A DNA stretch of 59,680 nucleotides, filler included, from Sphacelaria rigidula (taxonomy: Eukaryota), in assembly GCA_964200075.2 (NCBI GenBank). It is 7 parts of 7 records of this genome, joined end to end, with 100 filler letters (N's around TTAATTAATTAA, not from the genome) between each part and the next. Parts side by side here need not be neighbours in the genome. Positions count along the whole stretch, not along the records: positions 1 to 8,441 come from CAXNAA020011120.1; positions 8,542 to 16,981 come from CAXNAA020011121.1; 5 more parts are not named here. One strand, 5' to 3'. Under the pieces are notes generated by a model. It had not been told where the DNA came from, made no database searches, and saw only the letters and a list, made by a program, of their open reading frames with translations. The position numbers were made by a program, and so were the translations under genes. This document shows, in pieces, positions 1 to 10,597 of the stretch. The first letter of the stretch is position 1. Each line of letters starts with the position of its first letter.

Positions 1-678
1 TGCCCAGTACGAATGTACCGCGCAGATATCGGGACGGTTTTTAATGTGAAGACAACAGCAACAGCAACACTGCTCACACCATTGCACACCATCCAAGTTT
101 ATTCATGAAACACACGAACAAACGACGCACGGCTCGTGTGCGTCGTTTCGACAACGTCTTGCTGAGCAACTGACGCCCAAAAGGCTCATAAATAGGTGTC
201 TCGTTTGAGAAGAAAAAAATCAAATCAGGGGCTGCTGAGGGGGTGGGGGGGGAGGGGGAGCTCTAGGAATATTTTTTTCACGCGCCCTTGCCTAGGGCTG
301 TATTTTCTTGCCACCTCTTTCAGACTGATCGAATGCGCTTACTACGGGGTTGAGACTGTTGTTCTCGGAACATTCTTTGTATTCTTCCCGTTCCCTTCAC
401 ACCACCTTTTTGTGTCGAAACCTGAAATCCTGCTATAATGCAATGTGAAAATACTGCAGTATATTATCTCCTGCACTCTTCGTCCTTTTAGTATTGGGAT
501 GGAACGAGGTCTCACCCACACTCCTCGGATCGTGTGTGTTCATGCCCGTGCCTTTTATGGGTGTATTAGCAAAGAGTAATCGACCTTAAGCAAACAAGCT
601 GCATACAGCATCCCAGCATTGCGAACTGCCAAATGCATCTCCACGTGTCCCGTGTCAGCTGACCCTCTCGCAACCTCC

Positions 679-1209
679 TCATGCTACGTTAAAGAAACCA
701 AATTCCGCCGGATCGAGGCTTCCCACGAAGGTATTGGTATCCGCGTAATCCGCTTCGGCGACTTCCCGCACCTTACTCCCTTGTTTCTCCGGTAGCGGCG
801 TTTGCCCCATATATCGACGCGCAACCCGGCTCGACTTTTCTCCTATCTTCGCCATAACCGTCGCAACATCCTGCCCATCTATGGTGCGCGCTACCGCCGC
901 CCCCACCCGGAATGAATGCATCGTGAAATTTCTATCCTCCAAACCCGCCCGCTGGGCACGCTTCTGCAGCCGAGCCGTCATTGCACGCTGTGTCATCGCG
1001 GTATCACACTTTGCCAACCTAATATCACCTGTCATATGTATCTCGGGAAAAACGAAACCTTGGCTTCCCTGCCAGCCGCATGATTTCATGGCCTGCGCAT
1101 GCACTTGTAGCGCCGCCACTGCACACGTGTCCGGCATATCCCTATCTGGTGCTACGTGGCATTCATGCCGCGAACCTTCCCTCAGCGTTTTGGTGAAACT
1201 GAAGTTCAA
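679..1209 (-). pseudogene. C-terminal half of the tyrosine recombinase (frameshifted from the upstream ORF)
   Basis: FSFTKTLR (catalytic Lys region), FTMHSFRVGAA (HxxR) and VARRYM (catalytic Tyr). Confidence 0.9.
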
Positions 1210-2030
1210 GACGATACCATGATCGGCAGCCGCAAAACACTGCTTGCCATCATGTGCGTCAAATCTCCCCCTCTACCCGCCGTACGTAAAGTCACCGTAA
1301 ACAACGCAATATCCCTGACTAAGGCAATAAACTCCGCGGGGCGCTCAGTACCTGCTAACTGTATCATGATTGCTGCGACAATCGCGGTTAGATCCGGCCG
1401 TAGCAGCGGCCGCGCTTGCTTCGTGGTAACACCTGCTTTCTGCTGCTCTGCAGCCGAGAATGCCAAGTATTCCGTCACTGGTACACTCTTGATCGGATTT
1501 CCTCGGTGGTCGGTGACGGACCAGTCTTCGCTGTTAGCCAGGATCTCCATGTACGTACAGTGCAGTTTTGATGTGTACTGTTTATTTAGTGAAGTCTGTG
1601 CATACCGCTTTGCGCACCCGAGCCCTAGATCTTTGCATTGCACCAAGCTGTCTGTGCCTACCTGTGTGCATTGCGGAACGTGCACTACCTTTGTACCCGT
1701 GCCCTGTGAGTCCTTGTGTGCTAGATAATCTATGACTTGCTCCGGCGTGGCATTTCCCCATCTCAACGCGCCGCCAGAACGCTGGCGTATAAAACGGTCA
1801 AAATCATCGGCTACGACACTCTTGCGCCTATGCCCTACCTCAGTTGCCCTTGCCGCGGCAAACGCCGCGAGGCTATCAATAAGCAGAAAGTCATTGATAT
1901 GTAAAGGAGCCTACCTCCCTTTGTGGTCGCGGCGCTGGCCGCGTCAATTTGGCGGGCACACCACAGCGCTGACAGAACCTGTAATTACCATCATTATGCC
2001 CTACGCATGCTCCGCACAGCAGAGGTACCC
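1206..2030 (-). pseudogene. Zn ribbon plus ALOG-type DNA-binding domain and N-terminal half of the tyrosine recombinase
   Basis: CGACVGHNDGNYRFCQRCG at ~1955-2015. DYLAHKDSQGTGTKVVHVPQC..G......C.....CAKRYAQTSL..YTSKL...GNPIKSVPVTEYL....EQQKAGV parallels the ALOG consensus (YLDQFGKTKVH..C..G...C.CPLRQA.GSL...GRL...NPF...VR.YL...QAKARG). TAGRGGDL then supplies the first catalytic Arg. Confidence 0.8.
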
Positions 2031-2241
2031 GATCCGCAATCCTGGTAGCGCCTTGGGGCACCCCGAGAGATTATGTTTCTGCCTTTATTCCTCCGCCGCT
2101 CTCGCCCAACGGCGTAAATGTCGCCACCCAGGTATCTGTGCCCGCCGTCACCTAGCACAGCAGAACGGAGGACTATGAGGCGACAAAAGCGGCGCGGGCT
2201 GACTACGCCAGCCCGAAATCAAGCTCCACTGCTACCATGTC

Positions 2242-2700
2242 TCATTGTTCAAATACAAACGGCCTTGCACCCTCTGTATGGTGCTCTGAGAAAAAAGCAC
2301 GGCGCTCCCCTGCCCTTGCCACCAATTTCTCCTTGCCACGCGCACTCCTTAACCTAGGATACCACGCCCCTTTTGTCGCTGACATCATGACTATTGCTCT
2401 TGCCCTGCACTCCTCCATTCGCGGCAATACCACACCCACCATACACACGGACGGGAAACAAAAATCAAAACCCTTCTTGCTGAAACCCGGAATTGAGGCA
2501 ACATCTTGCGCTAACACATGTATTGCCGCCACTCGTGGACATGCGTATCGCGCGCAAAACGGTAACTCACTGCCCTCTCTTGGTTGCCCTCGTGATACTC
2601 GGTGTACTGAGACATTCGTGGTCATGAGGTCTGCGTCAAACGCCCCGAAGAACACCCACAAATCGTCGAAAATCTCATGGCGCAACCGCACAAACTCAAC
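2242..2700 (-). pseudogene. DNA N6-adenine methyltransferase-like domain fused after RNase H
   Basis: IFDDLWVFFGAFDADLMTT, FCARYACP, VLAQD, FCFPSVCMVGVVL and AIVM..WYPRL match the layout of the Dam-like domain that follows RNase H in DIRS elements. The catalytic NPP-type motif reads FPS here. Confidence 0.7.
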
Positions 2701-3436
2701 CCTACCTGATCTGGTAATAGCATCTGCTTTGCTATTTCGCGCGGATGGCACCCATTGCAACCTTGACCGAAAACCCTCTCACCGCTGTAGGTTGTATAAA
2801 TCGAGTAACAGCGCATGTGTACTGGGGTTTCTCGATCTACCTTGTGCAAAGGCATCCACCACGGAGCATTGTCTACATCGACTGAAATCTGCGCTCCTCT
2901 GAGTCGCCCCGGCGATCTCTGGCAGAGTTCCCGCAACACGTTATCTAGTGCAAATACCTCCTTAGCGTTGATGTGTTGCTGTATCCGTACTGAGGAAAAA
3001 TCCGCACCAGCTTGGAAAAGCTGACCGTCCACTGGCATCACACACCCCCCCACGCTGCTGACGAAGCATCTGTGGCGGCTCTCGTGATGGCCAGTGCGTA
3101 GTGCTTTGCGGAATACCACGGACCCTGCCGCGAGTGCTGCGTAACGCCTAACCATAGCTCTCACTCATCCCAGTGGCCGCTACCTTTCTGCACTGGGATC
3201 TCTGTCGAGCATTTTCCCTTGACCTTTTTGTCTAGAGCTGGCACACCCTTGAAAACGAAGTGTGCCCACAAGGACGCCGGCCGCACCGCTACCTTCATAC
3301 TCGTGCACTTTCCCGCTATCTTTTGCAGCGTAGCTGCATCGACTGCCCTGTTTTTCACTATCTTCTTAATCAAGGCGCCAAGTTTGTCCAGCTTGTCCTG
3401 CGGAACACGGTACGTCGCTCGCTCACTGTCACACAA
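2700..3436 (-). pseudogene. RT connection and RNase H domain of the DIRS-type element (frameshifted)
   Basis: RVPQDKLDKL...LQKIAGKCTSM (ORF 3161-3436), TDASSAAWGG near 3045-3075, HINAKE and VDVDN (ORF 2622-3164), and WVPSARNSKADAITR (start of ORF 2242-2760). Confidence 0.85.
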
Positions 3437-4440
3437 ACTTCCTGAGTATCGCTGTACTCTCCGCGGGACAAGATCGCACTTCTTGATGCTCTAGTAAACC
3501 CTGCCAAGAAGGAAACAGAAACCGCTAGCGCTATAACCGCTGCCGCCGCTCTCCACTGCGACTGCTCTACCTGCCCTTTTGTGTCCAACGGGCCTGCAAA
3601 CCACGCATCGTCTATGTATGTAGTCGCGGGTGTGCCACGCGCCCTCGAGAAATACGTTCTGACTCCCGAAACCTTGTGGTGGACGTACGTGATCTCATTC
3701 CAACCAAATGGAATTACCGTCCATACGTAGTCCACTCCCTGGAATTCCACGCCAAACAACGGCCACGAGTCTGGGTGCAACAAGATGTGGTGAAAACCGC
3801 TTCTATCGTGTAAAGAACCCCGAAAGCATCCTTGCCATGCCATGCCCGCAATCGCACCCACGGTGTCCGTAAAGAAAGGTACATGCTTACAGTGCTCGTT
3901 AAGTGGTCTGGCATCGTATACTAGTCGTGGCTTGGCGGGCTCGACGCTCAACGCTTGGATAAACCAAGGCCTGTGACCTCCCCCTGAACCCTCAACTGTT
4001 GCCCAAGGCACTGGGCATCCTCTTCCTACCGAGGCGGCTACCTCCTCCGCTACGAAAGCGACATGCTCTCGCGGGATCGTATTGGGGGAAAAGCGTCCTC
4101 GGAAGACTTGTGGTGCAAACCGCTGGTATACTGTCTGTCCTTTTGGTCGATCGTTCAAGAAATCGAACACGCTTACCCCGTGTGCAATCCATGATAAAAT
4201 CTCGTCAAGGTCAGGGTGTCTTGCTAACAAAATTATGTCTCAGAGGTCGACATGTTGCTCAAGCATGCCCGGTACAACTTTTTTGTCACCACGAAAGGCT
4301 ATAGCCCATGGGGCTGTTGTCGCCGATGTAAGCTGCGCGTGTAAAACATCCTCTGGTCTAGGCGTCGAGCTTGCGCTGCCCTGGAGCCAACCCGCAACCC
4401 GCACCCATTGTTGTTCTTGCTTTATGAGCGTTGGCGTCGG
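3370..4440 (-). pseudogene. Reverse transcriptase domain of the DIRS-type element (disrupted)
   Basis: ORF 3370-4230 contains KPRLVYDARPLN, LHDRSGFHHILLHPDSWPLFG, WTVIPFGW and TYIDD. The upstream part (ORF 4240-4590, FRGD...PGML) is separated by an in-frame TGA, and there is a frameshift near 3480. Confidence 0.9.
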
Positions 4441-4741
4441 GGCGCTAACCCTTTCAACCAGGCCTCTGCATCCACCTATTATGTACGTGAGGAAGGCATG
4501 ACGCGTGCAAGCATGCATGGAATTATACGTATTCTGGTTCTTCTTTTTTTTTTTGGAGGGGGGGGGAGTAGCCTGACCGTGAATATACAAATGTATAACG
4601 CAAATGGCTAAACGATGCTGATGTCGGCTAAAGTCCCATCCCAGTACATCGCGGATGAGTTAAGCAACCTCCAGCCTCAACGCGTCTCCAGGTATCCTAC
4701 CAAGACGTACTAGTATACTTCTACCAATCTGGCAGGAACAA

Positions 4742-5598
4742 ACCATCGACGTGGTTCTTCCTTACACCAGAATCATGACAGTCTTTCAGAGCGTCTTGAG
4801 CGTCTTGCTGTTGCTCGTGGCAGCTACGGTAAGGGGCACGCTGGGATACTCTTCTGCCGTTGAAGGCGAAGACCCCACCACCACCATTGCGACCAGCTGC
4901 AGCGAGGTGGTTAGATCCACCTACGAGAGCAGTGAACCCTTGACCGTGTTCTTGCCTGATCAGGCAGGAACACACTCAATTGTTCACCGTTGTAATGGGT
5001 GGACCTGAGCATCTCGCTGTAGCCACGACAAGGAGCACACTCGGCTATTCTTCAGCCACCTAAGGAGAAGACCTCACCACCTCTGCAACCGGCTGCGACG
5101 AGGTGATAAGGCCAAGATACGACAACGGTGAACCCTTGACTGTGTTCCTCCCGGATTACGTGAGCTGTGGAGTCAAAGCTTTGTGGCTTCCCAGCTCACG
5201 TAATCCGGCAGGAATACATGTAATGGTTCACCGTTGTCGTATCTTGGCCTTATCACCTCATCGCAGCTGGTTGCAGCGGTGGTGAGGTCTCCTCCTTGGG
5301 TGGCCAAAGAATAGCTGAGCGTGCTCCTTGCCATAGCCGAGGTCTGCTGTCGTACCTTCGTGACCCCACAGCTCACGTGATCAGGCAAGAACACGGTCAA
5401 GGGTTCACTGTTCTCGTAGGTGGATCTGACCACCTCGCTGCAGCTTATCGCGATGGCGGTGGTGGGGTCTTCACCTTCAACGGTAGAAGGGAAGCCCAGC
5501 GTGCCCCTTGCCGTAGCTGCCAAGAGCAACAGCAAGACGCTCAAGACGGTCTCGAAGACTGTCATGATCCTGGTGTAAGGAAGAACCACGTCGATGGC
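4742..5598. repeat. Long nested inverted repeat (fold-back), arms ~425 bp and loop ~25 bp
   Basis: ccatcgacgtggttcttccttacaccag at 4743 is the reverse complement of ctggtgtaaggaagaaccacgtcgatgg ending 5597. Inner ends ccggattacgtgagctg (5151-5167) pair with cagctcacgtaatccgg (5192-5208). Each arm contains two diverged direct units. Confidence 0.92.
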
Positions 5599-6242
5599 TT
5601 GTAGGAGAGCTACAAGTGATGACGAGTTCGATTGTGAGATGGTGCGGGGCTGAGACAGACATGGCCCGGTCGGTGGCTAGATAATGGTCTAAATGGAGCT
5701 GTAGCAGTAGTGATGAATTGCTCCATGCGACCTCCTCGTCCCGTGTGCGGATCAATTGCAGGGATCCATCCGTCCAACGACTGACCGTGACAGCCGCTTG
5801 TGGAAAGATAGACAATATGGCAAGTACAGTACTGCATGTGAACATACAGGATTGGATTCAGTGCACTCCCTGCATCGGGTCCCACAATGTCGCAGACGTC
5901 TTCCACTCTCCTCTGCTTTTGGATCGTCATACTGCAGATATTGGGCCATGGTGGACGGCAAGCTGGTTTGTACATGATGGAGGGTGAGAGGGCGTGTGTA
6001 GGTATGGAGAAGCCGCCTACGCTCCGGTGTATTTCGTATGTCCCTTCGCACACAAAAATATGTGCGTGTACATGTCAACGACCTGCGGCAGGGCCATGGG
6101 TGATTGTTTGCTTCGGGGCGAGGAGATCTTGGCACGACTGTCTGTTTAACGGGTAAAGTACGACCCGCGTCCGATAGCAGGAATGTGGGGGTGATTCTGT
6201 AGGGTATGACAGCTTTGGCGGGACATTTGAATGTTGCGACGT

Positions 6243-6681
6243 CTGCTCAGCATGACGTTACCTACTGGCTCGACGCTATCCTCATGCACGAGTCCCGCAC
6301 GCCCACCAGGTGGTGCGCTGTGTACTTTGTGCACGCACTATGGTACACGTTGCAACACGTGGTCCGCCAGGCCTCTTTTCGGAACAGTATTGTCGCGGAA
6401 CCTTCCTGGTGCCGAACCCGGCGCAACATACATACACCATATACTTCCGTGAGCTGCAAGCAAAAGTCGTGGACTGCAGAGGATAGTGCAGGGTAATGTT
6501 TCACGTACGTCAGCTTTGATGGGAGGATGAAGTTTGCACAGTAATATTCTCCCCAAGGGAGACGTGGCAGTCAAGCGGATGGTGCTACACGTGTAGTACA
6601 AGAAGCATAAGCACCAGGTGGGAGTGTGGGACTCGTGCATGCGGATGCCGCCGACCCAGTAGGTGACGTCACGCTGCGCAG
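6243..6681. repeat. Diverged inverted repeat, ~70-110 bp arms
   Basis: ctgctcagcatgacgttacctactgg...catgcacgagtcccgcacgcccaccaggtg (6243-6312) matches the reverse complement of 6611-6681. Confidence 0.8.
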
Positions 6682-8164
6682 GATTCGTTCCAAGATATCT
6701 CATCGTCCTATGGGCGCTACCATATGTGGCAGAATCGCCGGCGCTTTTCTCCTGGCGAATATTTGGGCGCGTGTTATACTTGATCTACTCAGTGTATAAT
6801 CGAGACACGAGTTTTTCTTTTTTTTGTCACACTTACGGGGGTGAATGACGGCCTTTTACCGACCAAAAAATTCGTTGTCAACACAAAAAATATGAAGGCG
6901 GAGGGATATTGCAGACGTATTGTAGACGTCATTGACTGGTCGGACCTATGCCGAACCTCTGCTGAACAGAGCACACGCTCCACCATCCGAAGTTAGCTAG
7001 GTTTAGTATGCGACAGCTGTAATTTTTTCATGGCATAGTTCCACGGTTAGGACGAATCATCACGACTACGAATCACCAAATCGACGATTTCTTGGACCTG
7101 ATTGCCCAGAAGGGGGAAAAAAGTTGACCGCTGGTCCAAGGGGTATCCACGCAACTTTTGCGCCATTCGACGTGTCTGAGCCGCGTGTACCTGGGTTGCA
7201 ACGCTGAAAACCAAGCCTAGGTGTTGATTCGTGCAGTTCGAACCAGTGATACTAAAACCAGGTAATTTCCAGACGAATGATTATTAGTCCGACCCTTGCA
7301 TAGTTGTCGAGACAGGAAGCAAACCGGCCTGTGGCACTTGACAGCCCCCCGCACGCACACTATCGTAGATCTATTCAGTGCCGCTGCGGAATTTGCTCAA
7401 TTCGCCCCAGCGGATCCGAAAAGCCCCCGAACGTCGAAGAAAACGCGTTATTCAGTAGATTTTGGCGGTTTGCAAAGTGCTGCGGGCTCCGCGGCCCGCG
7501 TTACTGAAAGCCGCCGCGCCACTGAGAAGTTCTGGTGTGTGGGAAGCACACGCATCAAACCGCAGTCCAATCCTTTCCTTCGTTGCCGAGATATCTGCGT
7601 TGAAAGATGAGCATAACAACATACTGCAACAAGGAGGGCACAACAACGACACAAGCAACAGCTCCTATCCTCCTGTTGTTGTAACCCTGTGCACAAAGAT
7701 ATACAGCAACGTCAGTCAGAGGGTTGTTGTAGAATGTGCTTCAGTGTAGCAAAAGTACATTTTGTACGAGCGCCGTCGTCATTTCGAGTGACGCGTGTAC
7801 TGGTGATTGATACTGATTGGCTCATTTAGGTTGTATTTCTTCTGCATTCAACTGACGGTGTAGTTGGTCGGTCCATTTTCGCTGTATACAGTGCCCAAAA
7901 TCGGGCCCCAATTCCCTCCCATGACAGTGTAAATCCATCCCCTTCGTGTGGGCGGGTCCGTGTTGCCATGGTGTCATGAGATTTACCCATGTCTTTTCAC
8001 CTTCTCACGCTTTCGACGGTGGAATTCCTAAATATCGAAGTCAATTCGAAGACAGGGAAAAGGGCAATGACCTAAAAAGGTATACCTTCTCGTATTTCGC
8101 TGACGAAAGGTACGAAAAACGACCAGAAACGCGATGGCAGGAAAACACACAATCTGGACCGATT

Positions 8165-8397
8165 TCGCTCCGAGTGTTTCACGCACATCGAAATTTGACT
8201 TCACGGTGGACGAGGGAAGGGACTGCTGAACCCCTCTCACGATAAAAAGTAAAGGCGAACACCGCAGAAGGAAGGTGGAGAACTCAAACATACGATAAGA
8301 ATAAATCCCGTGTTGGCCTCCCTCCTATGTGACCCCGGCTGGTGCGCCCACATTATACTGAAAGGTGTAGACCGGCGTCCAGAAAAGATGGGATGAC

Positions 8398-8430
<33 letters not shown>
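8165..8430 (+). mobile_element. SINE copy, head truncated, with (AC)n tail
   Basis: gggactgctgaacccctctc, ccgcagaagg, tgtgaccccggctggtgcgcccaca and tgtagaccggcgtccagaa are shared in reverse orientation with 27030-27390. The copy ends in an (AC)n run. Confidence 0.75.
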
Positions 8431-8432
<2 letters not shown>

Positions 8433-8441
8433 CGACTGGGA

Positions 8442-8541
8442 NNNNNNNNNNNNNNNNNNNNNNNNNNNNNNNNNNNNNNNNNNNNTTAATTAATTAANNN
8501 NNNNNNNNNNNNNNNNNNNNNNNNNNNNNNNNNNNNNNNNN
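8442..8541. other. Artificial contig linker N44-TTAATTAATTAA-N44 (first of six; others at 16982, 25522, 34062, 42602 and 51142)
   Basis: An identical 100-nt spacer with stops in all six frames recurs at an exact 8540-nt period. Confidence 0.97.
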
Positions 8542-8900
8542 AGCAACAAATGAGTACGCCCCCCCCGCCCCCCCCGTCAATGGTGTCATGACTATGGCAT
8601 GCATGATCATGAGTACACCCCCCCCCCGCCCCTCCCGCCCCCCCCCAACTATGGCACAGTATTGAGAAATGGACTCTCGAAAAAGATGTGGGAAACTAGG
8701 ATAAGAGGAAGATGTGAAGAATGGGGGGAAACATGACGGAATGCGCGAGGAGTGTCATGATGCTACAATAGGCTGTGCTCCGTCTCTAAAAGGATGCGTG
8801 GTCAATGGTCAGACGAGTAAGGCAAGCAACACATGAGAACGCCCCCCCCTCAATGGTCTTATGACTATGGCATGCATGATCATGAGTACACCCCCCTCAA
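8542..8900 (+). repeat. Cluster of LINE 3'-end fragments (two tail types, each ending in oligo-C) and a duplicated internal LINE piece
   Basis: Tail A (gcaacaaatgagtacgccccccc) at 8543 and ~8790-8850. Tail B (caatggt..tatgactatggcatgcatgatcatgagtacaccccc) at 8578 and 8851. Segment 8660-8770 duplicates 8912-9022. Confidence 0.8.
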
Positions 8901-8906
8901 CTATGA

Positions 8907-10507
8907 TCAAGTAGTGAGAAATAGACTATGGGAAAAGATGTGGGAAACTAGGATAAGAGGCAAGATGTGAAGAATGAGGCAAAACATGACGGAATACGCG
9001 AGGAGTGTCATGATGCTACAATAGATAGAGAAATATCGAAATATATTTGATGTTTCACAAAGAGTTGCACAAGGATGTACGTTATCACCGACTTTATTTA
9101 AGGTATTTGACAAGATAGTAGCAGTTGCAGCAGCGAAGCAAGTAGTTAAGGTGGGGGAAGATATGGTGTCGGGATTGATGCTGCGGGATGATTTCGTGGG
9201 AATATCATAAACCCTAAGGGTCGCAGAAGCGAACAGAGAAGGAGCAAGAATACACTAGGAAGCGGAGAGTGACAGGGAACCTAAAAAAAGCGTCGTAGTT
9301 GTGTGTGACGAAGATAGCGAGGACCGAGTAGGGTTCGACTGGAAGTGGGGAGAAGAGGAACCGCCGATCGTGGACGAGTATACATATCTTGGCGTAGAGA
9401 TGAAAGCCTGTTCTTGGGATGCCCATGCAAATAAAGTAAGAGAAAAAGGCAAGACTCAGGTAGGCAAGATGGGCGTGATCCTAAGAGACTCGTACCTTGA
9501 TAGTATGACAAGTACATGTTTGCTGATGAACGTCATTGTACCGGTGCTAAAATATGCAAGAGGAGTGTGAAACGGGAACGCGAAGTTGGTGAAGCAGCTG
9601 CTAAGAAACTACTTGGATGCTCAAAAACGACGAGTAATACAGTACTGAGAGCAGAGTTCAGAATGTCTTCGCTTGAAACAAACAGAGACATGAGGAAACT
9701 GAAGTGGCCATATAGCGTAAACAGCATGCAAAGAAAGAGATCGCCAGTCACAGTTGTCACCGTGGGGCTAAATGAAAGAAAACGACAAAAGGGCAGACTG
9801 GAAAAAGGTGGGATAGGGTAGTCGGGGAAGTTTGGAGGGAGACAGGAGAAAGTCAAGGCGAACTAATGTTCGTAGGTGAATCTGGGGGGTACGAGACGAA
9901 AGTGAATAAAACAACATAAACAAGAGGGAAACAAATACTAGGAAAGAAAATACACGAGGATGAGTACCTGCAAGATATATGGGAGCTTGAGAGAAGGGAT
10001 AGGGATGAAAACATATTTGAATGCGGGCCCAATGGACTACGCGAAAAAGTTGAAACTGCTATTTCGGATGGGGGCCCTGGACCTGCCGGGAAAAAGGATG
10101 AGGTATACCAGTAGTCGAGTATAGGAGGAAGCAGATGCACAGAGCTGCTTCTGTGGTAAGGAATAGAGACTAGAACTCATACACCGGCAGAATTTGAATT
10201 ATTCATAAAGGGTCAGGACGTATGAGAGGAGGACATGGGAAGCAAACGATGGTGACATGAAATCTTTTGGTACTTTAGATGGTAGCGAAAAAACAATCGT
10301 CATACAAGGAGCTCGATAGTGGCCACGGGACGGCGGAGCAGGAAGGGGATAAAATATGTAAAACGTTCATGTTTAATATTTGAAATAAATGAGCGCACAA
10401 CTGTTGGAGGTGTCCCTATTAGTAGTAGGAACGGTGCTCCGTCTCGAAAGGGATGCGTGGTCAATGGTCAGACGACTAAGGCAAGCAACACATGAGAACG
10501 CCCCCCA
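8907..10507 (+). mobile_element. 5'-truncated degenerate non-LTR retrotransposon (LINE), antisense within a kinesin intron
   Basis: RT remnants VAQGCTLSPTLFKVF (~9064), LM.RDDFVGI, WKWGEEE.PIVDEYTYLGV and KKLLGCSKTTSNTVLRAE. Collinear with 47850-49340, with a conserved 3' tail followed by a C-run. Confidence 0.88.
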
Positions 10508-10597
10508 TCTAACCCACCCCTTGCGTCCTCCCAACCCCGCCCCGCTCCTTGTCTCCCCCAGCATCTCGCGTGCAGCACACATCACGTCACCTCGCAC

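Larger units (their letters stand above)
679..4440 (-). mobile_element. Degenerate DIRS1-type (tyrosine recombinase) retrotransposon of the ALOG-domain class: RT-RNaseH-adenine MTase-like, then Zn ribbon-ALOG-YR; no gag seen
   Basis: Co-oriented minus-strand ORF fragments in DIRS order: RT (DRSGFHHI, IPFGW, YIDD), RNase H (TDASSAAWGG, HINAKE, VDVDN, WVPSARNSKADAITR), MTase-like (GAFDADLM...FCFPS...WYPRL), CxxC-x10-CxxC, ALOG-like core and YR (RGGDL, HSFRVG, RRY). Several stops and frameshifts. Element ends not defined. Confidence 0.9.

Noticed and set aside
8486-8497. Regularly spaced TTAATTAATTAA as a biological periodic motif
   Set aside because: It is always embedded in N44 flanks at a fixed period, so it is an artificial six-frame-stop linker.
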